Below are positions 39,985-50,903 of a stretch of 64,000 nt of DNA, one piece after another. The notes beneath the pieces are model-generated. The model was not told where the DNA came from and did not search any database. It saw only the letters and a program-made list of their open reading frames with translations. Origin of the DNA: Candidatus Aminicenantes bacterium (GTDB taxonomy: Bacteria; Acidobacteriota; Aminicenantia; Aminicenantales; JAFGBC01); contig OY969696.1 of assembly GCA_963702005.1 (NCBI GenBank), forward strand, positions 3,008,001 to 3,072,000. Reading direction: 5' to 3'. Made by a program: the position numbers and the translations under genes. Positions within the stretch are counted from its first letter, which is position 1. Every line of letters begins with the position of its first letter.

Positions 39985-41310
39985 TCACTCGATGATGTAC
40001 CTAAGGATGAACAGCGCCGAGAAGAGGTAGATGAGCCAGTGGACCTGCCGTCCCTTCCCGGTGACGAGCTTGAGGAGCGAGTAGGAGATGAACCCGAAAG
40101 AAATGCCCTCCGTGATGCTGACCGTCAGCGGCATGATGACGATGGTCAGGAAAGCCGGAATGGCTTCGGTCAGATCATCCCAGTCGATCGAGGTCACCGA
40201 CTTCATCATCAGGTAGCCGACGATGATCAGGGCCGGCGCGATGACGGGCCGGAGGACCAGGCCCTTGGCGACGTATTCGCCCGAGATCATGGCGGCCAGC
40301 GGCGAGAAGAACAGGGCCGCGATGAAGAGGAGGGCCGTGAAGACGTTGGCCAGGCCGGTCCGCGCGCCCTGGGCGATCCCGGTCGCGCTCTCGATGTAGC
40401 TCGAGACCGTGGATGTGCCGAGGAGCGTCCCCTCGACCGTGCCGATGGCGTCGGCCAGGACGGCCTGATTGGCCCGGGGGAGCTTGCCGTCCTTGAGAAA
40501 GCCGGCCGGCGCGCTGACGCCGATCAGGGTCCCGACGCAGTCGAACAGGTCGAGGAAGAAAAAGACGAAGACGACGGTCAGCAGCCCCGTGTTGAAAGCG
40601 CCCGCGATATCGAGCTTGAGGAAAGTCGGGGCGAGGCTGGGCGGGGGGGCGACCAAGCCATGATACTTCACGATTCCGAGAGGGATCCCGAGCAGGGCCG
40701 TGGCCAGGATCCCGATTAAGATGGCGCCCGGCACGCGGAGGGCCATCAGGACGGCGGTCAGAGCCAAGCCGGCCAGGACGAGGACGACGGGGCGGCTGGC
40801 CAGGTCGCCGATTCCGACGAGCACCCCCTGGGCGTCGACGACGACGCCCCCGTACTCGAGGCCGACCAGGGCGATCAGAAGCCCGATCCCGACCGCGATC
40901 GAATATTTAAGGGCGTCGGGAACCGCGGCGACGACCGTCCCCCAGATGCCGATGATTGAGAGGATGATCTGGATCATGCCCGAGATGAAGATGGCGCCCA
41001 GGGCGACCTTCCAGGAATAGCCCATGGTGCCGCAGACGATGACGGCGAAGAAAATGTTGTGGCCCATGGCCGGAGCTTGGGCGATCGGATAATTCGCCAG
41101 CAGGCCGGTCAGGAGGGTCGCCAAAGCGCTGGCTAAACAGGTCGCGACCATGACCGCGCCCCGGTCCATGCCGGCCAGGGACAGGATGGCCGGCTGGACG
41201 AAGATGATGTAGGACATGGTCATGAAGGTCGTCGTCCCGCCCAAGAGTTCCGTCCGGACGGACGTATGGCGCTCCGAGAGCTTGAAGAAGCGGTCAAGCC
41301 GGTTCATCAA
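39985..41310 (-). CDS. NCS2/AzgA family purine permease
   Basis: TELLGGTTTFMTMSYI, QAPAMG, YIESATG...GARTGL. Confidence 0.93.
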   Translation of the reverse strand: MMNRLDRFFKLSERHTSVRTELLGGTTTFMTMSYIIFVQPAILSLAGMDRGAVMVATCLASALATLLTGLLANYPIAQAPAMGHNIFFAVIVCGTMGYSWKVALGAIFISGMIQIILSIIGIWGTVVAAVPDALKYSIAVGIGLLIALVGLEYGGVVVDAQGVLVGIGDLASRPVVLVLAGLALTAVLMALRVPGAILIGILATALLGIPLGIVKYHGLVAPPPSLAPTFLKLDIAGAFNTGLLTVVFVFFFLDLFDCVGTLIGVSAPAGFLKDGKLPRANQAVLADAIGTVEGTLLGTSTVSSYIESATGIAQGARTGLANVFTALLFIAALFFSPLAAMISGEYVAKGLVLRPVIAPALIIVGYLMMKSVTSIDWDDLTEAIPAFLTIVIMPLTVSITEGISFGFISYSLLKLVTGKGRQVHWLIYLFSALFILRYIIE

Positions 41311-41343
41311 ACGTATCTCTCCGTGCCCGATTTCCGCATCCCA

Positions 41344-41874
41344 TCAATAGCGGACGAGATAAAACACGTCCACATCCGGGTGGGCCTTCTTGATGTTGGC
41401 CTCCCCCTGCAGGAAACTGAGCTCGACGACGGCCGCGAAACCGACGACGGCCGCCCCGAGCTTCCGGACGAGGTTGATCGCGCTCGTCGAGGACGATCCG
41501 GTCGCGATCAGGTCGTCGACGATGAGCGCCCGCTGGCCGGGCTTGAGGGCGTCCCGGTGCATCTCGAAGTGCTCGACGGCGTATTCGTTGGGCGCTTCGA
41601 CCGAGACCGTCTCGCGGGGAAGCTTCCCCTTCTTGCGGATGATCGTCATCCCCAGCTTGAGCTCGTGGGCCAGGGCGGCCGCGAACAGGAAGCCGCGCGA
41701 CTCGATCCCGACGATGATCTCGGGCTTCCGTTTGCGGGCCCAGGCCGCCATCTCGTCGATGACGTACTTGAAGGCTTTGGCGTCCTGGACGATCGGCGTG
41801 ATGTCCTTGAACCCGACGCCGGGCTTGGGAAAATCCTTGACCTCGAGAATGAATTGTTTCAGGTCGATGGCCAT
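41344..41874 (-). CDS. apt: Adenine phosphoribosyltransferase
   Basis: DFPKPGVGFKDITP, ESRGF, RKKGKLP, VDDLIATG. Confidence 0.95.
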   Translation of the reverse strand: MAIDLKQFILEVKDFPKPGVGFKDITPIVQDAKAFKYVIDEMAAWARKRKPEIIVGIESRGFLFAAALAHELKLGMTIIRKKGKLPRETVSVEAPNEYAVEHFEMHRDALKPGQRALIVDDLIATGSSSTSAINLVRKLGAAVVGFAAVVELSFLQGEANIKKAHPDVDVFYLVRY

Positions 41875-41968
41875 TCTCCGTCCTTTCCCGTTGGAATCTT
41901 CCTCATTATAAAAAATTCCGGGGACACATACCATAATTCCTTTCCGAGCTCGGCGCTTGCCGCCCAAA

Positions 41969-42412
41969 TCAGGGCAAGGATCCTCGAATCACGATGCGGC
42001 GAACGTCGTCGGCGTCCACCTCGATCGAGACACGAATACCGTCGAGCCTGAACGGGATTTTCTCGGCCCACTCGACGATGACGACTCCTTCACCGATAAA
42101 ATCTTCCCAGCCCAGGTCCTCGACCTCGCGGCCCTTGGCGAGCCGATAGAGGTCGATATGAAAGACGGGGCACCGCCCCTGATAGACATTGATAAGGGTG
42201 TAGGAAGGGCTGCAAACGCGGCCGGCGTCCTCAACGCCCAAGCCAGCGGCCAGCCCCTTGGCGAAGATCGTCTTGCCCGCCCCGAGCTCGCCGAAGAGGA
42301 GGACGACCTCGCGGCCCTGGAAGCGCCGCGCCAGCCCTTCGGCCAGCCGGAAGGTCTCCTCCTCGGTCCTGGTCAGGATGTTTCCGGCGGCCTTGGCTCT
42401 GGCTGGGCTCAT
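41969..42412 (-). CDS. tsaE: t6A biosynthesis ATPase TsaE
   Basis: GELGAGKT, SPSYTL, HIDLYRL, VEWAE. Confidence 0.94.
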   Translation of the reverse strand: MSPARAKAAGNILTRTEEETFRLAEGLARRFQGREVVLLFGELGAGKTIFAKGLAAGLGVEDAGRVCSPSYTLINVYQGRCPVFHIDLYRLAKGREVEDLGWEDFIGEGVVIVEWAEKIPFRLDGIRVSIEVDADDVRRIVIRGSLP

Positions 42413-43956
42413 TCGAGCGACTTCAAGGCCCGCGGCAGGAACTTGGCGAGGTCTCCCGCGCTCAAGGCCTTCTCCCCGTTTCGTTCGGCAGCCAGGTCTC
42501 CGCACAGTCCATGCGCGTAGACAGCCGAGAGAACCGCGCCCAGCGTGTCCTTCTCCTGGACGATCTGGGCGGCGATCATGCCGCTCAGGACGTCGCCCGA
42601 CCCGGCCGTGGCCATGCCCGGGTTTCCGGTCGGGTTGACGAAGACCCGCCCGTCCGGCGCCCCGATCAGGGTCCGATATCCCTTGAGGACGAGGTGGACG
42701 CCGTGCTCCTTGGCGAAGGCCGGAACGATCTCGAGCCTCCGATCGAGGACCTCTTGGGTCGAAAGTCCGGTCAGGCGCGCGAACTCGCCGGGGTGCGGCG
42801 TCAGGACGGCGGGCTTGGGCAGCGCGTTCAGGATATCGAAGCGCTCGGCGATCGCATTCAGCCCGTCGGCGTCGACGACGATGGGAACCTTGACCTTGGG
42901 GAGGAGCGACAGGACGAATTCGGCCGTATCGGGATGGGTCGTAAGCCCCGGTCCGACGAGGAGCCCATTCTTTCCCTTGAGGAGGGCGAGCAGCTTGGGG
43001 ACGGCGGCGGCGGCGATCGTCCGCTCCGGCGTCTCGGGCAGGGGCTCGGTCATGAGCTCATCCATCGTCTTCGCGATCGCGGGGAGGGCGCTCCCGGCCG
43101 TCGCGATCGTGACGAGCCCCGCGCCCATCTTCAACGCCGCCTTGCCGGCCAGGGCCGCGGCGCCCGTCTTCCCCCACGATCCAGCCGCGATCAGGAGATT
43201 CCCGTAGCTCCCTTTATGGGTGTCTCTTTTTCGCTTTTGGAAGAAGATCGCGATGTCCTTCTTCTCGACGAGGTCGAGCGTGAGGCCGGGATCCTCGAAC
43301 AGGAAATCGGGGACGCTGATACCGGCGACGATGAGCTCGCCGACCCGTTCGGCGGCCGGCGGGAAGATGTGGGCGATCTTGGGCGCGGCCAGGGTCACGG
43401 TCAGGTCGGCCCGGACGCTGGGCCCGTTGACCTGGAAGGTGTCCGAGGAGAGGCCCGACGGGATATCGACGGCGACCTTGAAGGCGCGCGACTTGTTGAT
43501 ATCCTCGACGGCCCGCGCGTAGAGCCCATCGAGCGGCTTCAGGAGTCCGGTCCCCAAGATCGCGTCAATGATGACGGTCGCCCGCATCAAATCGCGCCGA
43601 TTGGCCTGCCACAGCTCGGCCGTGGAGACATCGATGATCTCAAGGCCGATCTTTTCGGCGATCTTAAGGTTCAGGGCCGCGTCGCCCCGGATTTCGTCCT
43701 TGGCGCCGAGAAGAAAGATTTGGGGAGAGGCGTCCAGGTTCAAGAGGTGACGGGCCACAACCAGGCCGTCGCCGCCGTTATTGCCCTTGCCGGCCACGAC
43801 GACGAAAGTTTCCTTGCCGAGGTCGGGGAACCTCTTCCGAATCGCGCGGACGACCTGGAAGCCGGCGTTCTCCATCAGGACCGGACCCGGGATGCCGATC
43901 TCCTCGATCGTCTTCCGGTCGATCTCTTTCATCTGGGCCGTGTTCAGGATCTTCAT
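42409..43956 (-). CDS. nnr: Bifunctional NAD(P)H-hydrate epimerase/dehydratase
   Basis: LMENAG, GKGNNGGDG, DIPSG, HKGSYG, TPHPGE, GSGDVLSG. Confidence 0.94.
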   Translation of the reverse strand: MKILNTAQMKEIDRKTIEEIGIPGPVLMENAGFQVVRAIRKRFPDLGKETFVVVAGKGNNGGDGLVVARHLLNLDASPQIFLLGAKDEIRGDAALNLKIAEKIGLEIIDVSTAELWQANRRDLMRATVIIDAILGTGLLKPLDGLYARAVEDINKSRAFKVAVDIPSGLSSDTFQVNGPSVRADLTVTLAAPKIAHIFPPAAERVGELIVAGISVPDFLFEDPGLTLDLVEKKDIAIFFQKRKRDTHKGSYGNLLIAAGSWGKTGAAALAGKAALKMGAGLVTIATAGSALPAIAKTMDELMTEPLPETPERTIAAAAVPKLLALLKGKNGLLVGPGLTTHPDTAEFVLSLLPKVKVPIVVDADGLNAIAERFDILNALPKPAVLTPHPGEFARLTGLSTQEVLDRRLEIVPAFAKEHGVHLVLKGYRTLIGAPDGRVFVNPTGNPGMATAGSGDVLSGMIAAQIVQEKDTLGAVLSAVYAHGLCGDLAAERNGEKALSAGDLAKFLPRALKSLE

Positions 43957-44122
43957 CGTATCTCTCCTCCCGCCGCGAAACCCATTCTAACAAATCGGGA
44001 AGCTCAATACCATGTTCCGGCCTCGTTGAGACCGGTGCCCGAAGCCCTGAAGCTTCACGGACTTGCGTCGGTGGGATCCCGCGAAGGGGATTGAATTCAG
44101 CGCCTATTTATGTTAGTTTTGA

Positions 44123-45157
<1,035 letters not shown>

Positions 45158-45162
45158 CGGCC

Positions 45163-46341
45163 ATGAGATTCGTCGAAGAGCTGGAATTCAAGGGACGGAC
45201 CGTCTTCCTCAGGGTCGATTTCAACGTCCCCCAGGACGAGACGGGCGCCGTCCGCGACGATACCCGGATCCGGGCCTCGCTGGCGACCATCAACTTCATC
45301 CTCGAGCTGGGCGGCCGGCTCGTCCTCGCCTCCCACTTGGGACGGCCCAAGGGCAAGGTCAATCCCAAATACAGCCTGGCCCCGGCGACGCGCCGACTGG
45401 CCGAGATCATCCCCAACAAGGTCGTCCAGGCGCCCGACGTCATCGGCCCCGAGGTCGACCGCCTAAAAAGAGAGCTCGCGAACGGCGAGGTTCTTGCCCT
45501 GGAGAACCTCCGCTTCTATCCCGGCGAAGAGGCCAACGACGCGGGCTTCGCCGCCGAGCTGGCCCGGGGCATCGACATCTACGTCAACGACGCCTTCGGC
45601 TCCTGCCACCGCGCCCACGCTTCGGTCGACGCCCTGGCCCGCCTGGTCAAGGTCAAGGCGGCCGGCTATCTCCTGAAGAAGGAGGTCGATTATCTGTCCC
45701 GGGCCGTCCGCAATCCGGCCAGGCCCTACGTCGCCATCCTGGGCGGCGCCAAGGTCGAGGACAAGATTCCCTTCCTGGAAAACCTCATCAACAAGGCGGA
45801 CAAGATCCTCATCGGCGGCGCGATGGCCTACACCTTCTTCAAAGCCCAAGGCTACGATGTCGGCAAGTCCCTGGTTGAAGAAGATAAGAAGGAGATCGCC
45901 CTGGCCATTCTCGACAAGGCCCGGGCCAAGAACGTCAAGCTCCAGCTCCCCGTCGATCACATCGCGGCGGCGGCCGTCGAGGCGGGGGCCGCGACCCAAG
46001 TCGTGAGCGGTTTTCCCTTTCCGGCCGGCTTGATGGGCGTCGATATCGGGCCGAAGACGATCGCGCTCTTTGCCGAGGCCATCGGCCGGGCCAAGACGAT
46101 AGTCTGGAACGGACCCATGGGCGTCTTCGAGATCGACGCTTTCGCAACCGGGACCATGAAGATCGCCGAAGCCGTGGCCGCGTCCAAGGCCGTTTCCATA
46201 GTGGGCGGCGGGGATTTGGTGGCAGCCGTCCACAAGGCCGGCGTCGCCGACCGGATCTCCCACATCTCGACCGGCGGGGGGGCCTCGCTCGAGTACCTCG
46301 CCTATGAAACCCTGCCCGGGATCGAGGCTCTCGATTCGTGA
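45163..46341 (+). CDS. pgk: Phosphoglycerate kinase
   Basis: RVDFNVP, SHLGRP, LENLRF, WNGPMGVFE, STGGGASLE. Confidence 0.97.
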   Translation: MRFVEELEFKGRTVFLRVDFNVPQDETGAVRDDTRIRASLATINFILELGGRLVLASHLGRPKGKVNPKYSLAPATRRLAEIIPNKVVQAPDVIGPEVDRLKRELANGEVLALENLRFYPGEEANDAGFAAELARGIDIYVNDAFGSCHRAHASVDALARLVKVKAAGYLLKKEVDYLSRAVRNPARPYVAILGGAKVEDKIPFLENLINKADKILIGGAMAYTFFKAQGYDVGKSLVEEDKKEIALAILDKARAKNVKLQLPVDHIAAAAVEAGAATQVVSGFPFPAGLMGVDIGPKTIALFAEAIGRAKTIVWNGPMGVFEIDAFATGTMKIAEAVAASKAVSIVGGGDLVAAVHKAGVADRISHISTGGGASLEYLAYETLPGIEALDS

Positions 46342-46369
46342 GGCGGCCGCACCAAGACCGGAGGCTGAT

Positions 46370-47158
46370 ATGAAAAACGCCCGAATACGGCCGCTCTTGG
46401 CCGGGAACTGGAAAATGCACTTGAGTCTGTCCGAGGCCCGGGCTCTCGCCTCGGCGGTTGCCGCCTCCTCCCGGGAGCTCGCCGAAGCCGATATCGTCCT
46501 CATCCCGCCGTTTACGGCCCTGGCCGAGGTCCGCAAAGCCCTCGAGGGAAGCTCCGTCGGACTGGGCGGTCAGGACCTGTTCTGGGAGGATAAGGGCGCC
46601 TTCACCGGGGAAATCTCGGCTCCCCTCCTCAAGGATGCCGGCTGCCGATATGTCGTCATCGGCCATTCCGAGCGTCGTCAGCAGTTCGGAGAGACGGACG
46701 CCTCGGTCAACAGGAAGACGAAAGCGGCGCTCCGGGCGGGCCTCTCCCCGATCGTCTGTGTCGGGGAGACGCTCGAGGAGAGGGAGGCGAGCCGGACGAT
46801 GGATCGGGTTTCGATCCAGGTCCGGGACGGCCTGGACGGATTGAGCCGCGAAGAAATGGCCGCCGTCGTCATCGCTTACGAGCCGGTCTGGGCGATCGGG
46901 ACGGGCCGGAACGCGACTCCGGACCAGGCCGAGGACGTCCACCGCTTCATCCGGGGGCGGCTCGAAGAAAAATATGGAAAGCCGACGGCCTCCTGTGCTA
47001 TAATTCTTTACGGCGGATCGGTCAAGTCCGCCAATACTTATTCTTTGCTTAAGGAAAAGGACATCGACGGCGCTCTGGTGGGAGGGGCGTCTCTCGAAGC
47101 CGGATCGTTCGTCGAGATCGTCCGAGAAGCGATTAGAGGTCGGAAGGAAAGACAGTGA
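46370..47158 (+). CDS. tpiA: Triosephosphate isomerase
   Basis: GNWKM, GHSERR, AYEPVWAIGTG, LVGGASL. Confidence 0.97.
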   Translation: MKNARIRPLLAGNWKMHLSLSEARALASAVAASSRELAEADIVLIPPFTALAEVRKALEGSSVGLGGQDLFWEDKGAFTGEISAPLLKDAGCRYVVIGHSERRQQFGETDASVNRKTKAALRAGLSPIVCVGETLEEREASRTMDRVSIQVRDGLDGLSREEMAAVVIAYEPVWAIGTGRNATPDQAEDVHRFIRGRLEEKYGKPTASCAIILYGGSVKSANTYSLLKEKDIDGALVGGASLEAGSFVEIVREAIRGRKERQ

Positions 47159-47538
47159 GTTTACTAGTCACTCTTCTTCACATCGTCGTGTGTTTCATCC
47201 TGATCGTGGCCGTCCTGCTTCAGTCGGGAAAGGCGGCGGACCTGGCGGGCGCCTTCGGCGGCGGGGGAAGCCAGACCGTTTTCGGGCCGCGGGGAGCCGG
47301 AACGCTCCTGTCCAAGGTCACCACTATCTGCGCCATCATCTTCATGTTCACATCCCTGGGCCTCTGGATCATAAGCGGCAAGGGCGGCAGATCCGTCGTG
47401 AGCGGAGTAGCGACTTCCAAACCGGCGGCGACCGAAACCAAGAAAGAACAGACGCCCGCTCCCGCCCCGAGCCAAGGGCAGAAACAGCCCTCCCAGGCTG
47501 AGCAGAAACCCCCTGCCTCAGTCCCGGAAAAGAAATAA
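47155..47538 (+). CDS. secG: Preprotein translocase subunit SecG
   Basis: VLLQSGKAADLAGAFGGGGSQTVFG; follows tpiA. Confidence 0.95.
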   Translation: MSLLVTLLHIVVCFILIVAVLLQSGKAADLAGAFGGGGSQTVFGPRGAGTLLSKVTTICAIIFMFTSLGLWIISGKGGRSVVSGVATSKPAATETKKEQTPAPAPSQGQKQPSQAEQKPPASVPEKK

Positions 47539-47550
47539 ACCAGCCTGAAT

Positions 47551-47637
47551 GCCGAAGTGGTGGAATTGGCAGACACGCTAGCTTGAGGGGCTAGTTCCTG
47601 GTAATCGGGAGTGGGGGTTCGAGTCCCCCCTTCGGCA
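47551..47637 (+). tRNA. tRNA-Leu(GAG), CCA not encoded
   Basis: GCCGAAG acceptor, anticodon arm CTAGC-TTGAGGG-GCTAG, long variable arm, GTTCGAGTC; follows secG. Confidence 0.96.
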
Positions 47638-47837
47638 TTTCCCGTCGCCTTATCCGAGACGGAAGCAACAAGCCGGTCCCTGTCGTCGTATTCAGCAGAG
47701 AGAGTTGCCAGGAGCCAACGGGTTTCGGTAATATAATTGTAAAGCGACTTTACGGAATATCCGTCTGCGCTGAGGGAGGTTATCTGAATAGTGTCCTGCA
47801 CACGGCGCTCTTAGGGTCGACAGAAGGAGGCTTAATC

Positions 47838-49088
47838 ATGGCCAAATCGCGATTGATGAAGCTAACGATTCCTATGTTAATCATGTGCGGCCTCATTCCC
47901 GGGATTCTGCCCGGCGCGCCGCGCTCCGGCCAGGACACCTCTCCTTCTCCGGCTCGTCCCATCGAGATTCCGGTCCGGATCAGCGGTCCGGACGGACAGT
48001 TCATCGACTCCCTGACCCTGGATGATTTCGTCCTGTCCGAAAATGGAGTCCCCCAGAAGATCGACGGCTTCTATCTCGTCAAGGGCCAATCCATCCTGAG
48101 CAAGGCCGGAACGCCGATCGAGAATCCCCAAGTCGCCCGCCATTATTACCTCATGTTTCAAGCCATCGAGTACGACCCCAAGCTCGCCGAAGTCGTCGAT
48201 ACTCTGTTCCGGAATCTCCTCCGGCCCGGGGACACCATGACCTTGATGACGCCCGCCAAGGCCTACTCCTTGACTCCCCAGGCGCTCGCCGCCAAGCCCA
48301 AGGACGTCCTGTCCAAGGAAATGAACCAGATTCTGCGCAAGGATATCCAGATCGGCGGCTCCGATTATCGAAGCCTTCTGCGCGACCTCAAACGGCTCGT
48401 CAAGTCCATCGAGGGCGAAAACTCGGCCTTCGACCCCGAGATGGAGACGGATACGACGACGACGAGCGCGGTCGGACTCGAGGTCCTGCTCGAGCGCTAC
48501 CGGGATTCGCTGATGAAGATGGAGGACCTCCGGCTCATCGACGAGCGCAAAATCCTGAGCTTCGCCCAGGCCCTCAAGAACCAGACCGGCCAGAAGAACG
48601 TCTTCCTCTTCTACCAGCGGGAATTCCGGCCCGAGATCAACCCGACCTTCCTCAACACGATGATGAGCCTCTACCAGGATCAGCAGGAGGTCCTGTCCAT
48701 GCTCATGGAGCTGTTCCAGTTCTACAAGCGCGAGACGACCTACAACCAAGACCGGATCAGCCGGGCCTTCGCCGACGCCTCGCTCATGTTCAACTTCATC
48801 TTCATGAATAAAGAGTCCCAATACCTGTTCGGGGCCGATATGAAGGAGCAGTCGGAAGACGTCTTTTCGGTCTACTCCCAGGTGGCTAAGGCTACCGGGG
48901 GACTGTGCGAAACGGCCCCCAATCCGGCGGCGAGCTTCAAGAAAGCGGTCGTTTCCTCCGAAGATTCCTACCTTCTCTACTACACGCCTTCCAACCCGGC
49001 CAAGGACAAGACGTTCCGGAGCGTCACCGTCGCCGTCAAGAGGGCCGGCGTCACGGTCTCCCACCGCCTGGGATACTACGCTTTTTAA
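47838..49088 (+). CDS. Secreted VWA-related domain protein
   Basis: FIDSLTLDDFVLSENGVPQKI, AKATGG, YLLYYTP...FRSVTVAV...HRLGYY. Confidence 0.78.
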   Translation: MAKSRLMKLTIPMLIMCGLIPGILPGAPRSGQDTSPSPARPIEIPVRISGPDGQFIDSLTLDDFVLSENGVPQKIDGFYLVKGQSILSKAGTPIENPQVARHYYLMFQAIEYDPKLAEVVDTLFRNLLRPGDTMTLMTPAKAYSLTPQALAAKPKDVLSKEMNQILRKDIQIGGSDYRSLLRDLKRLVKSIEGENSAFDPEMETDTTTTSAVGLEVLLERYRDSLMKMEDLRLIDERKILSFAQALKNQTGQKNVFLFYQREFRPEINPTFLNTMMSLYQDQQEVLSMLMELFQFYKRETTYNQDRISRAFADASLMFNFIFMNKESQYLFGADMKEQSEDVFSVYSQVAKATGGLCETAPNPAASFKKAVVSSEDSYLLYYTPSNPAKDKTFRSVTVAVKRAGVTVSHRLGYYAF

Positions 49089-49100
49089 TCCGGGCCGGCT

Positions 49101-50409
49101 CTATCCCGAAACGATCGGAATCGTCAACGGCAGGGACCCCCTATCCCGGAACCAGAAATAGTATTCCTTGACCAGGTCGATATGGAGATGAAAAGAGCCT
49201 TTCTCCGCAAGCGAGGGCAGGCTCAGATTCATGATGACCTCGTCCCCCGGTTTCATATCGCGGGGAAGCGAGAAGCGGAGAGGCTTCTCCGGTCAGATTC
49301 CTGCCGTCTTCGGCCGTCAGCCAAGCTCCGACCCTGACCCGGTGGCTCCGCGACGAATTTCGGTACCAGGTCGCATCGCCCTCGTTTCGGACATTGAGCG
49401 AAACCGCAAACTCCGAGCCCGGACCGACGCGGGCCGGAGCGCGGACGACGTCCCAGCCCGCCCTGAATAGGAATGGTTCCGGCGGCGTATCGATCTCCTC
49501 CCCGATCAAAGCCTGGCCGCTTCCGGCCGGATCGCCCGGCTTGAGGAGAAAGAGCGAAAGCGAGGTGAAGATGGTATGAAAAAACCGGAGGACGACATGG
49601 GGAGTCCGATAGACCTCATGAGGAAAAGCGATCGGCGGGAAGGCGAATTCCTCTTCGATCCCGAGGTCCAGGGGCCCGGACAGGGCGAACCCGGCGTCCC
49701 GGATGAGCTCGACCAGGTCTCCGATCTTGAAATAATCCCGTCTCCATCCCAGACGGTTCACGATCAACTCCGTGGTCAGCGCCGCGACTCCGCCGGGCTT
49801 CAGAACCCGGTTCATTTCCTTCAAGGCCCGCAGCTTGTCGGCCCTCCGGCCGAAGTGCTCCAGCGAGGAGAGGGAAAATACGATATCGAATGATCGATCC
49901 TCGAAAGACAACTCCGTGGCGTCCATTCTCAGGACGCGGAGGCGGTCCTCCGGATAGCGGAAAGGGGCGTACTTGTCGGGATGGACAAGGACGTCGGAAA
50001 CGCCCTCTCCGCCGAGATAGCCTCCCTGGTAGAGGTCGGTCGCATAGACCATCTTGAGCCTGGTGGCGAGAAAATACATGAGCTCCTCATGCCCGCAGCC
50101 GACGCCCAGGGCGACGGCGTCCGGAGACAGCCTATGCAATGTTCTTAAGCCGTGGATGATCTGGTTGAATTCCCAGATCTTGCGATGGAAGATATTTTCG
50201 GCGGGGGGAAAAAGCAGGTCCGAGAATCCCCTGGCCCAGGAGGCGTTTCGGCCGTCGGCCAGGCGGCAGAGCTTGTTGAGAGCGATCGTGTCCGTCGGAT
50301 AGGAGGAAGACGGCTTGACCTCGACCGTATAGCGATCGAAGGGAGCCATGAACAGGGAATAGGCCCGGTTCCCCCAAATGAGTTTGACGGCAAAGTCTCT
50401 TAGAGACAC
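49101..50409 (-). CDS. Class I SAM-dependent methyltransferase with C-terminal Ig-like domain (apparent frameshift near 49290)
   Basis: LGVGCG, FDIVFSLSSLEHF, RVLKPGG; tail RFSLPRDMKPGDEV...HIDLVKEYYFWF lies in another frame ending at 49101. Confidence 0.8.
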
Positions 50410-50452
50410 GGCGCGCTCCTCGCCCTTTTCCCTCGGGGCCCGGCCTCCGCCT

Positions 50453-50890
50453 TCAGCTCCGGCTGGCCACCCAGAGGGAAAAGTCCGCTTCGGACATGGC
50501 CCCGGTCGCCCGGCCCCGCTCAGCCTGCTTGTGGACGACGATGAAGGTCGGGACGGCCTGGACGCCGAAGCTCGCGGCCAGCTCGGGATGCCGGTTGATG
50601 TCGACCTTGGCGACCATGAGATCCCCCGCCCTCCGCTTGGCCAGCCGCTCCAGAATGGGCGCCATCATATGGCAGGGCCCGCAGGTCTCGGAGCTGAAGT
50701 CTAAAAGAATGGGCAGCCGGGCGCTGTTGATGAGGACGAACAGCCGGTCCGGCTTCAACTCCAGGACGGTCCCCGGAGCGGGCAGAGGGGTCTTGCATCG
50801 GCCGCAGACGACCTGCTTGTCCAGGGCGTCGGCCGGGAAGTTATTGGTCGCGCCGCACTGAACGCAGCTGACCTTGATTTTATCGGCCAT
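50453..50890 (-). CDS. trxC: Thioredoxin 2-like with N-terminal zinc finger
   Basis: CVQCGATN...CGRC, CGPC active site. Confidence 0.88.
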   Translation of the reverse strand: MADKIKVSCVQCGATNNFPADALDKQVVCGRCKTPLPAPGTVLELKPDRLFVLINSARLPILLDFSSETCGPCHMMAPILERLAKRRAGDLMVAKVDINRHPELAASFGVQAVPTFIVVHKQAERGRATGAMSEADFSLWVASRS

Positions 50891-50903
50891 GTCCGCCCGG
50901 CCG

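Noticed and set aside
41875-41968. Purine riboswitch upstream of apt and the NCS2 permease
   Set aside because: The intergenic space is short and lacks the conserved purine aptamer core
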